From Bacteroidota bacterium (GTDB taxonomy: Bacteria; Bacteroidota; Bacteroidia; Bacteroidales; UBA4417): a stretch of 64,000 nt of DNA. The translations under genes were made by a program, and so were the position numbers. Every line of letters starts with the position of its first letter. Position 1 is the stretch's first letter. Of this stretch, positions 14,835 through 25,337 are shown in pieces. The DNA lies in contig JACAAZ010000007.1 in assembly GCA_013376995.1 (NCBI GenBank), positions 135,373 through 199,372 of the forward strand. The letters run 5' to 3'. The notes under the pieces are model-generated. The model was not told where the DNA came from. It did no database searches and was given only the letters and a program-made list of their open reading frames with translations.

Positions 14835-16628
14835 CTATTGTTTAATAAACCTGAGCGGGATAGATTCAGAATCTGAAGTATGAATTATATAAACTCCTGG
14901 ATCAAGTCTCTTTATATTTATTCTACCCTGTTTATCCGGTTTGACTTTGGAGACGCATTCACCACTAACTGAATAAACCGTTATTTCCTTAGGGGGAGTA
15001 GACCCGCAAATAGTAATTATATCTTTAGCCGGATTGGGATAGATGGTATAGTGCGAAATCCCGGCGGGGGCAATTCCTTGGAAAGAGTTCACCTCATACG
15101 CCCCTATATCAATCCTCCCACCATACACCCTGATCCTGCTCAAAAGGTCCGTAGTCCCTATTTGTGTGGGAGGATCTGTAGTACCCATGTTGATGCAGGA
15201 AGAAGATGGGCCAATATCCCAGTTTGATTCCGGATCAATGAACCAGGGATAGTATTTGCCGGCTTCGTTACCGGAATTTTCCGCTTCCAGTATTATAGTC
15301 CCGTTAGTGAGGTCGGTTGCACCCTGGATGGCATTGTTTAAACCACCGTCAATTCCTTCATCATTCTCATTGCCCCAGAATATAGAATTTACCACGGAGA
15401 GTGGTGCATAAATGCCATCTCCATATATGGCCCCGGAATTTTTGACTACCGTACAATTAATTATAGTACCCCCGTAAATACCAGCACCGTAAGACCGGGA
15501 GAATTCATGTTCAAGAATCCTGTTTTTGGCAATGAGCGAACCTGTCAGGTTTCCGTTATAAATATATATACCTCCTCCTGAAGGTATTTCTGCCATTTCC
15601 GGACCATAAACCTGGTTGTCGTGAATATTACAGTTGAGTATGTTGCTGTTTTCAGTGTAAATCCCACCTCCAAAGGTTTTTGAAGAACAATTCCTGATCT
15701 CGGAATTCTTCATCAGGCAGCCATTGGCAAGTGCCACTCCACCACCATAGGTGCCATAATTTCCATCATTTGAAGACAGATAACCTTCTGAAAATGTACA
15801 ATTATTGATCGAAGACTGATTTGCAAACAGGCATCCGCCAAAAACATCGGTGTAATAGGCGGGGATGATTCTACAATTACTGACAGTGCAGTTTTCGAGG
15901 GTGCTCATATTGGAATAGATACCTCCACCTGTTCCAACACCCCATGAAGCAACATTAACAGGTACCGAAGTGCAGTTTGTAACTTTTACATATCCAAGAT
16001 TACTTTTGAAAGCTGCAATTCCCGCTCCGTAAACCTGGTGTATTGTTTCATCTTCATTGTGACTATGATGTCCACAGTTGTTAACAATACAATTGCGGAT
16101 ATACCCGCTATCAGCAATAATGCCGGAAGCTATGGAGTCAATGGAGTATCCGTTTGTTATGGTGAATCCATCTATCAGTGTGTGATTGTCACCCTGAAGC
16201 ATTCTCAGGATATGATGAGTGTTGTTGGAACTGTCAGCATCACCCTGTAATTCACCGGTCAGGATACTTGCATTGGTAAACTCCCATGGTTCAATGGTGC
16301 CGTTACCATCCACATCACTTGTGGCTCTTTCTGATATGGAGGCCTCATTTCCAAGAAAACCGCCAAACATATAATTCCCGTTGTTCAGTATAAAGGAGGT
16401 AGTTGCATCTGTGTTATCTGCTTTATAAGTCCCGGCTGCCACCCAGATCTCGGAATTTGAAGCATTCTGAAGCACTGTACTTAAATTACCGGCTGCATTT
16501 GACCAGCTAGATCCATCGCCACTACTACCTGTTTTGACATAGATCCTGCCTTGCAGCTTATTCTGCTGGGCCAATAGGAAGGTAAAGGAAGAAAATACCA
16601 GGACTAAGAAGAAAATTGCTTTTTTCAT
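14835..16628 (-). CDS. secreted right-handed beta-helix repeat protein with T9SS C-terminal sorting domain
   Basis: It has a signal peptide, many GGGIY/GAGIY/NC(T/S) turn repeats and a DVDGNGTIEPWEF Ca-binding-like loop. The C-terminal ~80 aa (YTIYPNPAKDIITI...VYSVSGE...LDPGVYIIH) resemble a Por/T9SS CTD. Confidence 0.75.
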   Translation of the reverse strand: MKKAIFFLVLVFSSFTFLLAQQNKLQGRIYVKTGSSGDGSSWSNAAGNLSTVLQNASNSEIWVAAGTYKADNTDATTSFILNNGNYMFGGFLGNEASISERATSDVDGNGTIEPWEFTNASILTGELQGDADSSNNTHHILRMLQGDNHTLIDGFTITNGYSIDSIASGIIADSGYIRNCIVNNCGHHSHNEDETIHQVYGAGIAAFKSNLGYVKVTNCTSVPVNVASWGVGTGGGIYSNMSTLENCTVSNCRIIPAYYTDVFGGCLFANQSSINNCTFSEGYLSSNDGNYGTYGGGVALANGCLMKNSEIRNCSSKTFGGGIYTENSNILNCNIHDNQVYGPEMAEIPSGGGIYIYNGNLTGSLIAKNRILEHEFSRSYGAGIYGGTIINCTVVKNSGAIYGDGIYAPLSVVNSIFWGNENDEGIDGGLNNAIQGATDLTNGTIILEAENSGNEAGKYYPWFIDPESNWDIGPSSSCINMGTTDPPTQIGTTDLLSRIRVYGGRIDIGAYEVNSFQGIAPAGISHYTIYPNPAKDIITICGSTPPKEITVYSVSGECVSKVKPDKQGRINIKRLDPGVYIIHTSDSESIPLRFIKQ

Positions 16629-16699
16629 GAGTACAGATATTAAATATTTATAGTTATAAGAATTCAGAAAGGAGGCGAAATAGAAAACCTGATAAAATA

Positions 16700-16707
16700 C
16701 AAATATA
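16700..16707 (-). promoter_or_regulatory. candidate -7 box (CAAATATA on + strand = TATATTTG on - strand)
   Basis: TAnnTTTG match 71 nt upstream of the minus-strand start at 16628. Confidence 0.3.
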
Positions 16708-16872
16708 ATAGAACAATTACATTTATCCTACTGTTATATGATATATTTAAATGCAAGGTGATTTTCATACAGGATTATTTCCAATAAAGTTGAGATGTTT
16801 GAAGAATTCATGGATAATCAGCTTCCCAAAATGGAATAACCCTAAGCTTATTACCGGCATATTGATTTAACT

Positions 16873-16880
16873 TATTTTTG
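16873..16880 (+). promoter_or_regulatory. candidate -7 box TATTTTTG
   Basis: TAnnTTTG match 20 nt upstream of the ATG at 16901. Confidence 0.4.
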
Positions 16881-16900
16881 TCAAAAAAAGAAACTATAGC

Positions 16901-18004
16901 ATGGAAATTTCCTGGTTGATCAGTAAGGCATTGGATTTTGAATTTCTGAACCTGGAAGAAGGTTTATTTCTTTATGAACAAGCATCGACGGCAGAGTTGA
17001 TGTTTGCTGCCAATGAAATACGAACCATTTTGCACCCCGGTAATAAGGTTACCTGGCTCATTGACAGGAATGTGAATTATACGAATGTCTGTGTTTCAGG
17101 ATGCCAGTTCTGCAATTTCTATCGCTCAAAAAACAGCAGGGAGGCTTATGTTACTACTTTGGAGGACTATAAGCAGAAGATCGATGAACTTTTTGTGCTG
17201 GGAGGAGAGCAACTCCTTCTACAGGGTGGATTGCATCCGGGGCTGGGACTCGATTTTTACGTGGATCTTTTCAGGAACCTGAAAAAAATACAACCCAGGC
17301 TTAAACTTCATGCGTTGGGGCCTCCTGAAATTGTACATATAGCAAATATGGAAAGCCTGAGTTACAGGCATACGCTGGAAAAGTTAATCCAGGCAGGACT
17401 TGACAGTTTGCCGGGGGCAGGTGCTGAAATCCTGGTTGACCGTGTCAGGAGCCAGGTGTCGAAAAATAAATGCTCAGCTTCCGAATGGCTGGATGTGATG
17501 CGCGAAGCTCATAAACTTGGGCTGACTACTTCTGCCACGATGATGTTTGGGCATATTGAAACCAGGGAAGAGCGGATACAGCACATGATATCTATTCGGG
17601 AAGTCCAGGCAGAGAAACCCGGGAATGCAACAGGATTTATCTCTTTCATTCCCTGGCCATTCCAGGATGAAGGGACAAACCTTCAGAAAGTTCAGGGAGT
17701 CAGAAACCATGTCACCTCTGAAGAATATATACGTACCATTGCGATCAGCAGGATTATGTTGCCTAATATCCCCAATATCCAGGCTTCCTGGTTAACGGTG
17801 GGTAAAGAGATAGGACAAATTTGCCTTCACGCAGGGGCCAATGATTTTGGTTCGATTATGATCGAGGAGAATGTGGTATCCGTTGCCGGTGCTAAATTCA
17901 AGTTTGATAAAGAAGGCATTCAGCTGGCTATAAGGGAAGCGGGCTTTGAACCACAGTTGAGGAATCAGCAGTTTGAAGAGCGCACGCTTTCACCGGTTTC
18001 CTGA
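16901..18004 (+). CDS. mqnC: radical SAM menaquinone (futalosine pathway) enzyme, MqnC/MqnE family, MqnC-like
   Basis: CVSGCQFCNF radical-SAM CxxxCxxC motif, GGEQLLLQGG, and MMFGHIETREERIQH...FISFIPWPFQ. MqnC versus MqnE cannot be resolved by eye. Confidence 0.55.
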   Translation: MEISWLISKALDFEFLNLEEGLFLYEQASTAELMFAANEIRTILHPGNKVTWLIDRNVNYTNVCVSGCQFCNFYRSKNSREAYVTTLEDYKQKIDELFVLGGEQLLLQGGLHPGLGLDFYVDLFRNLKKIQPRLKLHALGPPEIVHIANMESLSYRHTLEKLIQAGLDSLPGAGAEILVDRVRSQVSKNKCSASEWLDVMREAHKLGLTTSATMMFGHIETREERIQHMISIREVQAEKPGNATGFISFIPWPFQDEGTNLQKVQGVRNHVTSEEYIRTIAISRIMLPNIPNIQASWLTVGKEIGQICLHAGANDFGSIMIEENVVSVAGAKFKFDKEGIQLAIREAGFEPQLRNQQFEERTLSPVS

Positions 18005-18118
18005 TAAGCGAATGTTAATAGTTTCATTAAAGGAGGATGCTGTTGTGGCTAGTGAACACTGCTAATTCTGCCTTGAATGGATCAGCCATTTTTTTCGTCC
18101 ATTTTTCAATTTCCCTGC

Positions 18119-21100
18119 CTACAGTCCGTTTTTCTTTGCTGTTTGTGAATGTAAAGAAAAATAGAAGGTAGCTCCTTTATTCACCTGTCCCTCAGCCCAT
18201 ATTTCACCACCATGGCGCAGGATTATCCTCTGGGCAATAGCCAGACCAACCCCTGTGCCTTCAAACTCGGTGGCGGGATGAAGCCTTTGAAAGACCCCAA
18301 AGAGCTTGTTTTTGAATTCCATATCGAACCCAACCCCATTGTCCTGGATACTAAAGACCTGTCGATGTTTTTCGGTTGAACATCGTATGCAAACCAGGGG
18401 TTTCTCTCTTTTGGAACTGTACTTAATAGCGTTCAACAATAAGTTGGTCCAAACCTGTTTTATCATAATTGGATCTCCGATAGAAGCCGGCATTTCATCA
18501 ATCTGGAATTCAAATTTTGCCAGGGTTTCAGGATCCAGTATTTCATTGAGGATCGTCTGAATTATTTCATTCATATTGATCTCGGTCTTCATTATTTCTT
18601 TCCTGCCAAGGCGGGAGAATGCAAGAAGATCATCGATCAGGTGCCCCATTTTCAGTGAGTTCTGTTTAATGATAGAACATATTCGTTTGCCTTCGTCATC
18701 CAGTTTAGGGGCATAATCTTCCATCAGGATTTGTGAGAAGCCATTAATACTTCTAAGGGGAGAGCGAAGGTCGTGGGATACAGAATAAGAAAAGGCTTCA
18801 AGTTCTTTATTGGCAGCCTGTAACTGGGATGTTCGGTCAATTACGCGGTTTTCGAGATATGAATTAAGTGTTCTTACTTCTTCTTCTGCCCTTTTGCGTG
18901 CCGTGATGTCCCTGAAATACCATACTCTGCCCATATATTCTTCGTTTTTGTTAAACATTGGGGCTGAATATCGTTCTATGATTTTACCATCTTTGGGCCT
19001 TATCTCATCAAGGCTGAATTCATGGATGTTGTTAAAAATATCCCTGATCCGCTGAGTAAATTCTTCTTTATAATCAAACATTGAACTGATATATTCCAAC
19101 AAGGCGGCATCATCCTTCCCTTCAGTTATTTTCTTTGGAATTTTCCACATTTCTATCATTCGTTGGTTGAGTGAGAGGATTTTCGCGTTCTGATCCACAG
19201 TAAGTATACCATCCAGTGAAGCCTCCTGTTGCGTTTTGAGTATGAGATTTGAGAACTGTAATTCCGCTTCTGCTCTTTTTCTCTCAGTAATTTCATTACC
19301 CATTATCAACAGGTATGAATTTCCCCTTAGATCAACCTTTTCAACTGAAATGAGCATAATGCCGATACTTCCGTCCTTTTTATTGATCTCAACTTCTAAA
19401 TTGATTACCCTGCCAATTTTGCTGAGATTGTCCTTCATTTTTTGTCTCATCTCAGGGAATCTCCATAGATTCAGATCCTTAAAGCTGTGCCCGATGACTT
19501 CTTCCCTTAAATACCCGGTAACTTCAAGGAAGGCTTCGTTTACTTCGATCCATTTTTCGCTAGAGGGATCTGTAAGGCTGATGGGTATGGGGCTAGAATG
19601 GAATGAGGTAGAAAACAATGCTTCGCTTTCTTTCAGTGCGGCTTCAACTTCTTTCCGTTCGGAAATATCATTTACTAATCCCAGGATGCATTTTTCACCA
19701 TTGATTGTTATTATTTCAGATGATATCAAGAGATCCCGAATTTCTCCACTCTTTTTCCTGGCTTTTATTTCGAAATTACTGCAATGACCTGTTTGGTTGA
19801 GTAGCATAATCATTTCCCCGCGTTGTTCCGGCTTTGCCCATAGACCCAATTCATCAGGCGAGCTTCCCAGCATTTCTTCACGTGAATATCCATGTAAATT
19901 TGCAAATGCCTGATTAAGATCAACAATTTTGCTTGACGTCAATTCTGTTATAACGATACCTGTAGGGCTATTTTGGAAGACAATGGAAAGCCTTTCCTCG
20001 CTTTCTTTCAGTTTTTTTGCAGAGTTCCTGCTCTCTGTGATATCATGTGTTGAGCTAATAATATGGTGGACCCCGTTTAGTTCAATGACGGATGCTGACA
20101 TTCGGCCATACCTGATTGTACCGTCCTTTCTGCGGAATCGGGCTTCCAGGTTATGAACCGCCCCATCTTTCTTTAATCCTTCCACCAACCGATTCCTGTC
20201 ATTAAGATCTTCCCATATATCCAATTCAATGGAGCTTTTCCCTAATACTTCAGCTTCCGTGTACCCAAGAATGTTGGTAAAGCCTTGATTGATTGATATA
20301 TATAGCCCATCTGACATCCGGTTGATGTTTATTGAGTCAGGGCTTGTTAAGAAACCTTTTCGGAATTTTTCCTCACTATCACGCAATTCTTTTTCCACCT
20401 GTTTGCGCTCCATGATATTTCTGGAAACTCCATACACTTCAATATGGCCAGAATCCTGGTTTAGTACCAGACGAGTTGTAGTTTCAGTCCATACCGTAGA
20501 ACCATCTTTACAATATTCTTCGATTTCATCCAAATATGCTTTCCTGATACCATTTTTGAAATCATTGATACGCTGAGGCAAGGATGCAGTTAGATTTTTT
20601 GCAGTTGGAGGTGTTATTCCGCTCATACCATCTTGTTTCATGACTTCTTCAACAGTATATCCGCGTAACCTGATTACAGAAGGACTTACATACAGGAACC
20701 GGGAAGTTTGCAAGTCCATTATCCAGATTACATCCGAAATATTTTCAGCCAGGAGGCGGTATTTCCTTTCGCTTTCCTTTAGTGCTTCTTCAGCTTGTTT
20801 ACGCTGGGTAATAACTTCAGAAAAGAGAATTATTCCTCCAACTTCACCAGGTTTCTCAAACCAGGGGTGAATTTCCCAACGAACCCAGTCAAGGTTGCCA
20901 TCTTCTCTCGGGAAAGTATCTTCCTGGGCTGATGCTATTCCTCCGTTAAGGCATAACTGATGAATTGCTTTCCAGCGATCGGGTATTTCCGGAAAGACCG
21001 CATAATGTGAACGACCTATGATATTTTTATCCGAGATCCGGTAATCTTCAAGAAATCTCCGGCTAACAGAAATATACCTCATTTCCCGGTCGAACATCGC

Positions 21101-22546
21101 AATGGCAGCCGGGGCATTATCAACAAATAATTTCAGTTTCCTTTCACTGGTGCGGATCTGGTCATTTGCAAGCCTCCATTCAGTAATATTCTGTTGAGTA
21201 GCAACCCTGTAAGCCAGTTTGCCATCATCGTCTCTGACACTTACAATATCCATTTGTACGAAGTACTCGCTTCCATCTTCCCTTACTTTTCGACTTTCGA
21301 ATTGAACAGACCCTTTTGCATCGGCTTCTGCCAAATAGTCTTTAATCCGTTCCTTTTCTTCATCAGGATACATATTTTGGATATGCATCCCGATAATATT
21401 CTTAACAGTTGAGTGCTGTTCATGTGCAAATGCAGGATTGCAAACCAGTATTTCAGGGGTATCTGTTTTTCCAATAGCTATCCCGTGCGCACAATGTTCA
21501 AAAGCATCAGCCCAGAGTTTCATCTGCTTTTCTGCTTCCTTTTTCTCTTTTTCCGATTCGAGATTGTCAAGAGCGAAAGAGATATCGATGCTCATTTCTT
21601 CCAGCAGTGCAATTTCTTCTTCGGATGTAAAATAGCCTGCATCAAAGTAGATAAGGTTGAGTACACCAATTGTTTTCCCTTTTGTGCTGATTGGAACAGA
21701 AGCCGCCGACCGGTAAGGTAAATCCCTGATCTGACCATGTATAGCTCCATATCGTATGTCAGTTTGTAAGTCTTCGCTTTTCTCTACTTTAGAGGTACGG
21801 ATTGCATTTGCAGCCATACTGTTTACAAGGTTTCCTGAGTGAATATTGGCATTTTCGAATGGCCATTTATCAAGGTCCATACCAGATGCAGCTACCGGCA
21901 GGATGTCTCCCGAAGGTTCATCAAGCAATCCTATCCAGGCCAGGGAAAACTCGCCATATTTAACAGCCAGGTTACAAATAGCTTCATACAATTCCTTTGG
22001 ATCCTTCACTCTAACGATAGTTTGATTTACCTGGCTTAGTGTAGCGAAAAGGCGTTTCATTTGTGCCAGGTTTTGCTCTGCCAGCTTCCTTTTGGAAATA
22101 TCATACGAGAGAATCAATACTCCATCCGTTAATGGCTGAATGCTGAGATTGAACCATCCTGCTTTCCCGTCAGGATAAATAAAGCGGTTCTCTAATTGCT
22201 GGGGAATATGTTTGTCCATGCAGGTTTTGAGCACAGAATAAACTTCTGTTGAATTGATCCCCGGCCACATATCCATATAAACATTGCCCAATAACTCGTG
22301 ATTTGGCCTCCTGTTATGAACTTCAGCACTGCGGTTAGCATATTGAATCCTCCAATCAGACCCAATTATCTGGCAGCCTTCCAGGAGGTTATCGAGTATT
22401 GAATGAAAGAAATTTTCATCTTTTATAAATTGGCTGACCTTTTGAAAGTCTTGATCTACCTGGGATTCTTTCGAAAGGATCTTGTTTTTCGAGATAGCCA
22501 TAATTGAGGATTGAACGGATAAATAAAAAAGCAGGATAATAGACAC
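18119..22546 (-). CDS. hybrid-less sensor histidine kinase with about 8 PAS/PAC modules and one GAF domain
   Basis: H-box SHDLRSPL and G-boxes QDNGVGF and GTGVGLAI. Repeated I(T/S)ERK...AE..L..SE linkers separate the PAS units. An alternative ATG start is at 22501. Confidence 0.9.
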   Translation of the reverse strand: MSIILLFYLSVQSSIMAISKNKILSKESQVDQDFQKVSQFIKDENFFHSILDNLLEGCQIIGSDWRIQYANRSAEVHNRRPNHELLGNVYMDMWPGINSTEVYSVLKTCMDKHIPQQLENRFIYPDGKAGWFNLSIQPLTDGVLILSYDISKRKLAEQNLAQMKRLFATLSQVNQTIVRVKDPKELYEAICNLAVKYGEFSLAWIGLLDEPSGDILPVAASGMDLDKWPFENANIHSGNLVNSMAANAIRTSKVEKSEDLQTDIRYGAIHGQIRDLPYRSAASVPISTKGKTIGVLNLIYFDAGYFTSEEEIALLEEMSIDISFALDNLESEKEKKEAEKQMKLWADAFEHCAHGIAIGKTDTPEILVCNPAFAHEQHSTVKNIIGMHIQNMYPDEEKERIKDYLAEADAKGSVQFESRKVREDGSEYFVQMDIVSVRDDDGKLAYRVATQQNITEWRLANDQIRTSERKLKLFVDNAPAAIAMFDREMRYISVSRRFLEDYRISDKNIIGRSHYAVFPEIPDRWKAIHQLCLNGGIASAQEDTFPREDGNLDWVRWEIHPWFEKPGEVGGIILFSEVITQRKQAEEALKESERKYRLLAENISDVIWIMDLQTSRFLYVSPSVIRLRGYTVEEVMKQDGMSGITPPTAKNLTASLPQRINDFKNGIRKAYLDEIEEYCKDGSTVWTETTTRLVLNQDSGHIEVYGVSRNIMERKQVEKELRDSEEKFRKGFLTSPDSININRMSDGLYISINQGFTNILGYTEAEVLGKSSIELDIWEDLNDRNRLVEGLKKDGAVHNLEARFRRKDGTIRYGRMSASVIELNGVHHIISSTHDITESRNSAKKLKESEERLSIVFQNSPTGIVITELTSSKIVDLNQAFANLHGYSREEMLGSSPDELGLWAKPEQRGEMIMLLNQTGHCSNFEIKARKKSGEIRDLLISSEIITINGEKCILGLVNDISERKEVEAALKESEALFSTSFHSSPIPISLTDPSSEKWIEVNEAFLEVTGYLREEVIGHSFKDLNLWRFPEMRQKMKDNLSKIGRVINLEVEINKKDGSIGIMLISVEKVDLRGNSYLLIMGNEITERKRAEAELQFSNLILKTQQEASLDGILTVDQNAKILSLNQRMIEMWKIPKKITEGKDDAALLEYISSMFDYKEEFTQRIRDIFNNIHEFSLDEIRPKDGKIIERYSAPMFNKNEEYMGRVWYFRDITARKRAEEEVRTLNSYLENRVIDRTSQLQAANKELEAFSYSVSHDLRSPLRSINGFSQILMEDYAPKLDDEGKRICSIIKQNSLKMGHLIDDLLAFSRLGRKEIMKTEINMNEIIQTILNEILDPETLAKFEFQIDEMPASIGDPIMIKQVWTNLLLNAIKYSSKREKPLVCIRCSTEKHRQVFSIQDNGVGFDMEFKNKLFGVFQRLHPATEFEGTGVGLAIAQRIILRHGGEIWAEGQVNKGATFYFSLHSQTAKKNGL

Positions 22547-22592
22547 TTAAATATAAGAATTCGTAAGCTTAGCTATTAAAATCGGGAAATAT

Positions 22593-22600
22593 TATTTTTG
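22593..22600 (+). promoter_or_regulatory. candidate -7 box TATTTTTG
   Basis: TAnnTTTG match only 9 nt before the ATG at 22610, which would imply a very short leader. Confidence 0.25.
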
Positions 22601-22609
22601 CAAAAAATT

Positions 22610-23158
22610 ATGATTATGGCAGAAGAAAAAAAAGAAAAGTGGAATAACTACCTCGCAATAACAACGGTTATTATAGCTGTATGTGCGACTTTATCAACTT
22701 TTAAAGGAGGTGGTTTTAGCAATAAGTCACTCATGAGTCAGACCAAAGCTTCGGATCAATGGTCATTCTTCCAGTCCAAAAGTATTAAAGGCTACATTTT
22801 CGGGATGGAGAAGAACAACCTTGAATTGCAGCGGGATGTCGTCAAAGCTGATCCCAAATTAAAAGCCCTGGTTTCAACTTACGATCTGAAAATAGCTGAT
22901 TATCAGAAGAAAATAGACAAGTACGAGCAGGAAAAAGAACAGATTTCAGCTGAGGCGAAGAAGTTTGAGCTTGAGCGTGATGATTGCAAACTTCATTCAA
23001 CTGCATTTGGTATTGCCGTGATCTTCCTGCAGATCTCCATATTGCTATCGTCAATTGCCGCCCTTACAAAGATCAAGTACGTGTGGTATACCAGTCTTTT
23101 GTTGGGAGCCTTTGGAATTGTGTATTTCCTTAACGGCTTTTTCCTTTTCTTTGGATAG
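22610..23158 (+). CDS. DUF4337-like membrane protein
   Basis: The ATG at 22610 is preferred over the TTG at 22598. It has the ASDQWSFFQSKSIKG motif, a central coiled region and C-terminal TM helices. Confidence 0.7.
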   Translation: MIMAEEKKEKWNNYLAITTVIIAVCATLSTFKGGGFSNKSLMSQTKASDQWSFFQSKSIKGYIFGMEKNNLELQRDVVKADPKLKALVSTYDLKIADYQKKIDKYEQEKEQISAEAKKFELERDDCKLHSTAFGIAVIFLQISILLSSIAALTKIKYVWYTSLLLGAFGIVYFLNGFFLFFG

Positions 23159-23185
23159 GGTTGGCGCGTTTACAAGATTTAACCT

Positions 23186-24241
23186 TTACTTCACCTTAAC
23201 GAATTCAACTCTCCTGTTTGTTGCTTTGCCTTCTGGTGAAGTATTTTCTGTTAGAGGATGAGATTCACCATATCCTGTGGATTTGAGCCTTGATGCATCA
23301 ATTCCCAGTTCGACAAGCATTGATTTAACTGCATCTGCCCTCGACTGCGATAGCTTGAGGTTATAGGCATCATCTCCATCACTATCCGTATACCCCTGGA
23401 TTTCATACTTGTCAGAGGAATTATCTTTCAGCATCCGTGCAATTTCATTCAGTATGCCCATGCTTTCCGGTTTGATAACCGCCTTATTGTAATCAAATTT
23501 TATCCCGTGCACTATAATTCTGCCATCTGTGGTTAATTTCTGAAGCATATTCATTCCCCCTCCTTCAGCGATCCGGACATTAGTGAAAATGATGGGCGAT
23601 TTCTGGCTGCCAATGCCTCCAAACTTAACAGCAACCGGAACAATATCCAGGTTAGGAATAACAAGAATCCTGTATTGATTCACATAGACTTTCATTTGGT
23701 TGTTCCTGTATACAAGAGCCAGGTGGTTCCATTTATCCAGGTATGATTTCGCCCGTATATCATCGGGAAGCTGGGAGCTTAGGTTTTTCGACTGTTCGGT
23801 ATAAGTTACATTGTTATCGTTGAATGTCAGGGTTGCCTCTTTTCCCAGATTGTTGACAAGAAAAAGAACAAGGCCGTAAGCTTTGTTCACGGATTGGAGG
23901 AGGTGATCACATTCGAGTGTGAACTCCGCCGGTAAATACTCTTTTGTTTTCATCCTTGGAAATACCTTTCCATAGTTACCTTCTATGATGGAGAAAGCCA
24001 TTTCATCCTTCACCTTGTTAACAACGGCCTGTCCGCTCTGAAGATCCCAATGGGAAGGAAATTCTCCATCCTGGTCAGACCGGAAGTCATCCTCAAATAT
24101 GGGTTTATCACCAGCTACAAAATCATAATTATTGTAGGATTTGTAGTCTGTTGCAGGGGCCTTAGATTCCTGAGCCTGAAGGGATATTGATCCTGAAATG
24201 AACACTAATATCAGGGAAATGGAAAGGCGGATTGGTTGCAT
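23186..24241 (-). CDS. OmpA-family protein (N-terminal lectin/jelly-roll-like domain + C-terminal OmpA peptidoglycan-binding domain)
   Basis: It has a signal peptide. The C-terminal motif is GYTDSDGDDAYNLKLSQSRADAV...GYGESHPL...NRRVEFVKV. Confidence 0.85.
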   Translation of the reverse strand: MQPIRLSISLILVFISGSISLQAQESKAPATDYKSYNNYDFVAGDKPIFEDDFRSDQDGEFPSHWDLQSGQAVVNKVKDEMAFSIIEGNYGKVFPRMKTKEYLPAEFTLECDHLLQSVNKAYGLVLFLVNNLGKEATLTFNDNNVTYTEQSKNLSSQLPDDIRAKSYLDKWNHLALVYRNNQMKVYVNQYRILVIPNLDIVPVAVKFGGIGSQKSPIIFTNVRIAEGGGMNMLQKLTTDGRIIVHGIKFDYNKAVIKPESMGILNEIARMLKDNSSDKYEIQGYTDSDGDDAYNLKLSQSRADAVKSMLVELGIDASRLKSTGYGESHPLTENTSPEGKATNRRVEFVKVK

Positions 24242-24367
24242 AATATAGAATGTTAAGGTGAAGGACTCTAATGAATTGCTTATGTAATAACAAAAATAAT
24301 AAATAATATACAGAAATCTATATATGAGTTGTAATACGTTGATGATAAACAGATTAAATGAAGAAAA

Positions 24368-24829
24368 TCAGCTTTTTCCTTCCTTTTTATTTTTTTCCAT
24401 ATCACCGAGGTGGAGATCAAGCGCTTTAACGGATATCCAGATCTCATAGATGGAAAGCCCGAGGGAGGTGATCATCATTACGAGTGCTATTCCAAAGATC
24501 CAAATGGTGATAAGCTGTTGCCCGATAAAGATCAGGAACATTGCAGCAACACAGAGGAAAAGGCTGCCAACTCCCAGTATTTGCATATTCCGTGTCAGGT
24601 AAAGCCTTTTACGAAGATTGGCAATCTGGCCTTTCAGGATTTCATTCGGATTGGCCTTGAATTTTTCATGTAATCCTCGGATTAAACTGGCATAACCCAT
24701 GAAACGATTAGTGTATGCAAGCAGTATAAGCGAGATGGCTGAAAAAAGCAGGGCCGGGGTTGTCAACGTTATTTGTTCATGCATGGCAGTTGGTATTGGT
24801 AATGTTGGATCCTTCAATTTGATAATCAA
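24368..24829 (-). CDS. DUF2721-like membrane protein
   Basis: 153 aa with TPALLFSAISLILLAYTNRFMGYASLIRGL and 3 TM helices. It overlaps the upstream gene by 4 nt. Confidence 0.65.
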   Translation of the reverse strand: MIIKLKDPTLPIPTAMHEQITLTTPALLFSAISLILLAYTNRFMGYASLIRGLHEKFKANPNEILKGQIANLRKRLYLTRNMQILGVGSLFLCVAAMFLIFIGQQLITIWIFGIALVMMITSLGLSIYEIWISVKALDLHLGDMEKNKKEGKS

Positions 24830-25245
24830 AAAGCAATCTTACAATCTACAAGCTTTTTCAAGTCATCAGCTAAAGATTCATCCCTGACCTCTATCCTGAT
24901 GCCTCTTCCTTCAGCATATACCCTCGCGGTTTCAAGTTCTTTCCTGATTTCATATGAAATGTCAGAAGCGAGAACAGAGTCGGTTGCCTTTTTTCCGAAG
25001 ACGAATGCCACTTTGAAAAATCCATCTCTTGGCAATAAATAGACCAGCGCCCGTTTTTTATCCTTTATCCTGAAGCTCCATCCATATTTTTCTCCGGAAT
25101 AGTTCCATTCTTCAATCCCTCCAGGGTATTTTAACAAGGTATAAGTCCTGATGTCCTCCCATAGATTATAGGAGCCTTTTAATGCCACTTTCAGTTGTGC
25201 AGGTGCAGGTTCTGTTTGTTTATCTTCAAAGATGCTCTTATCCAT
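24826..25245 (-). CDS. DUF3788-like small protein
   Basis: 139-aa ORF. The WNYSGEKYGWSFRIKDKKRALVYLLPRDGFFKVAFVFG pattern supports the call; the family assignment is tentative. Confidence 0.6.
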   Translation of the reverse strand: MDKSIFEDKQTEPAPAQLKVALKGSYNLWEDIRTYTLLKYPGGIEEWNYSGEKYGWSFRIKDKKRALVYLLPRDGFFKVAFVFGKKATDSVLASDISYEIRKELETARVYAEGRGIRIEVRDESLADDLKKLVDCKIAF

Positions 25246-25337
25246 TGGAATTGAAGATTACATAACCAGGAATCCAGGCGGAGAAATGTTAGTCAGACTT
25301 AGATCCTGAATGGAATTATTTCAAAGCAATACTTCAG

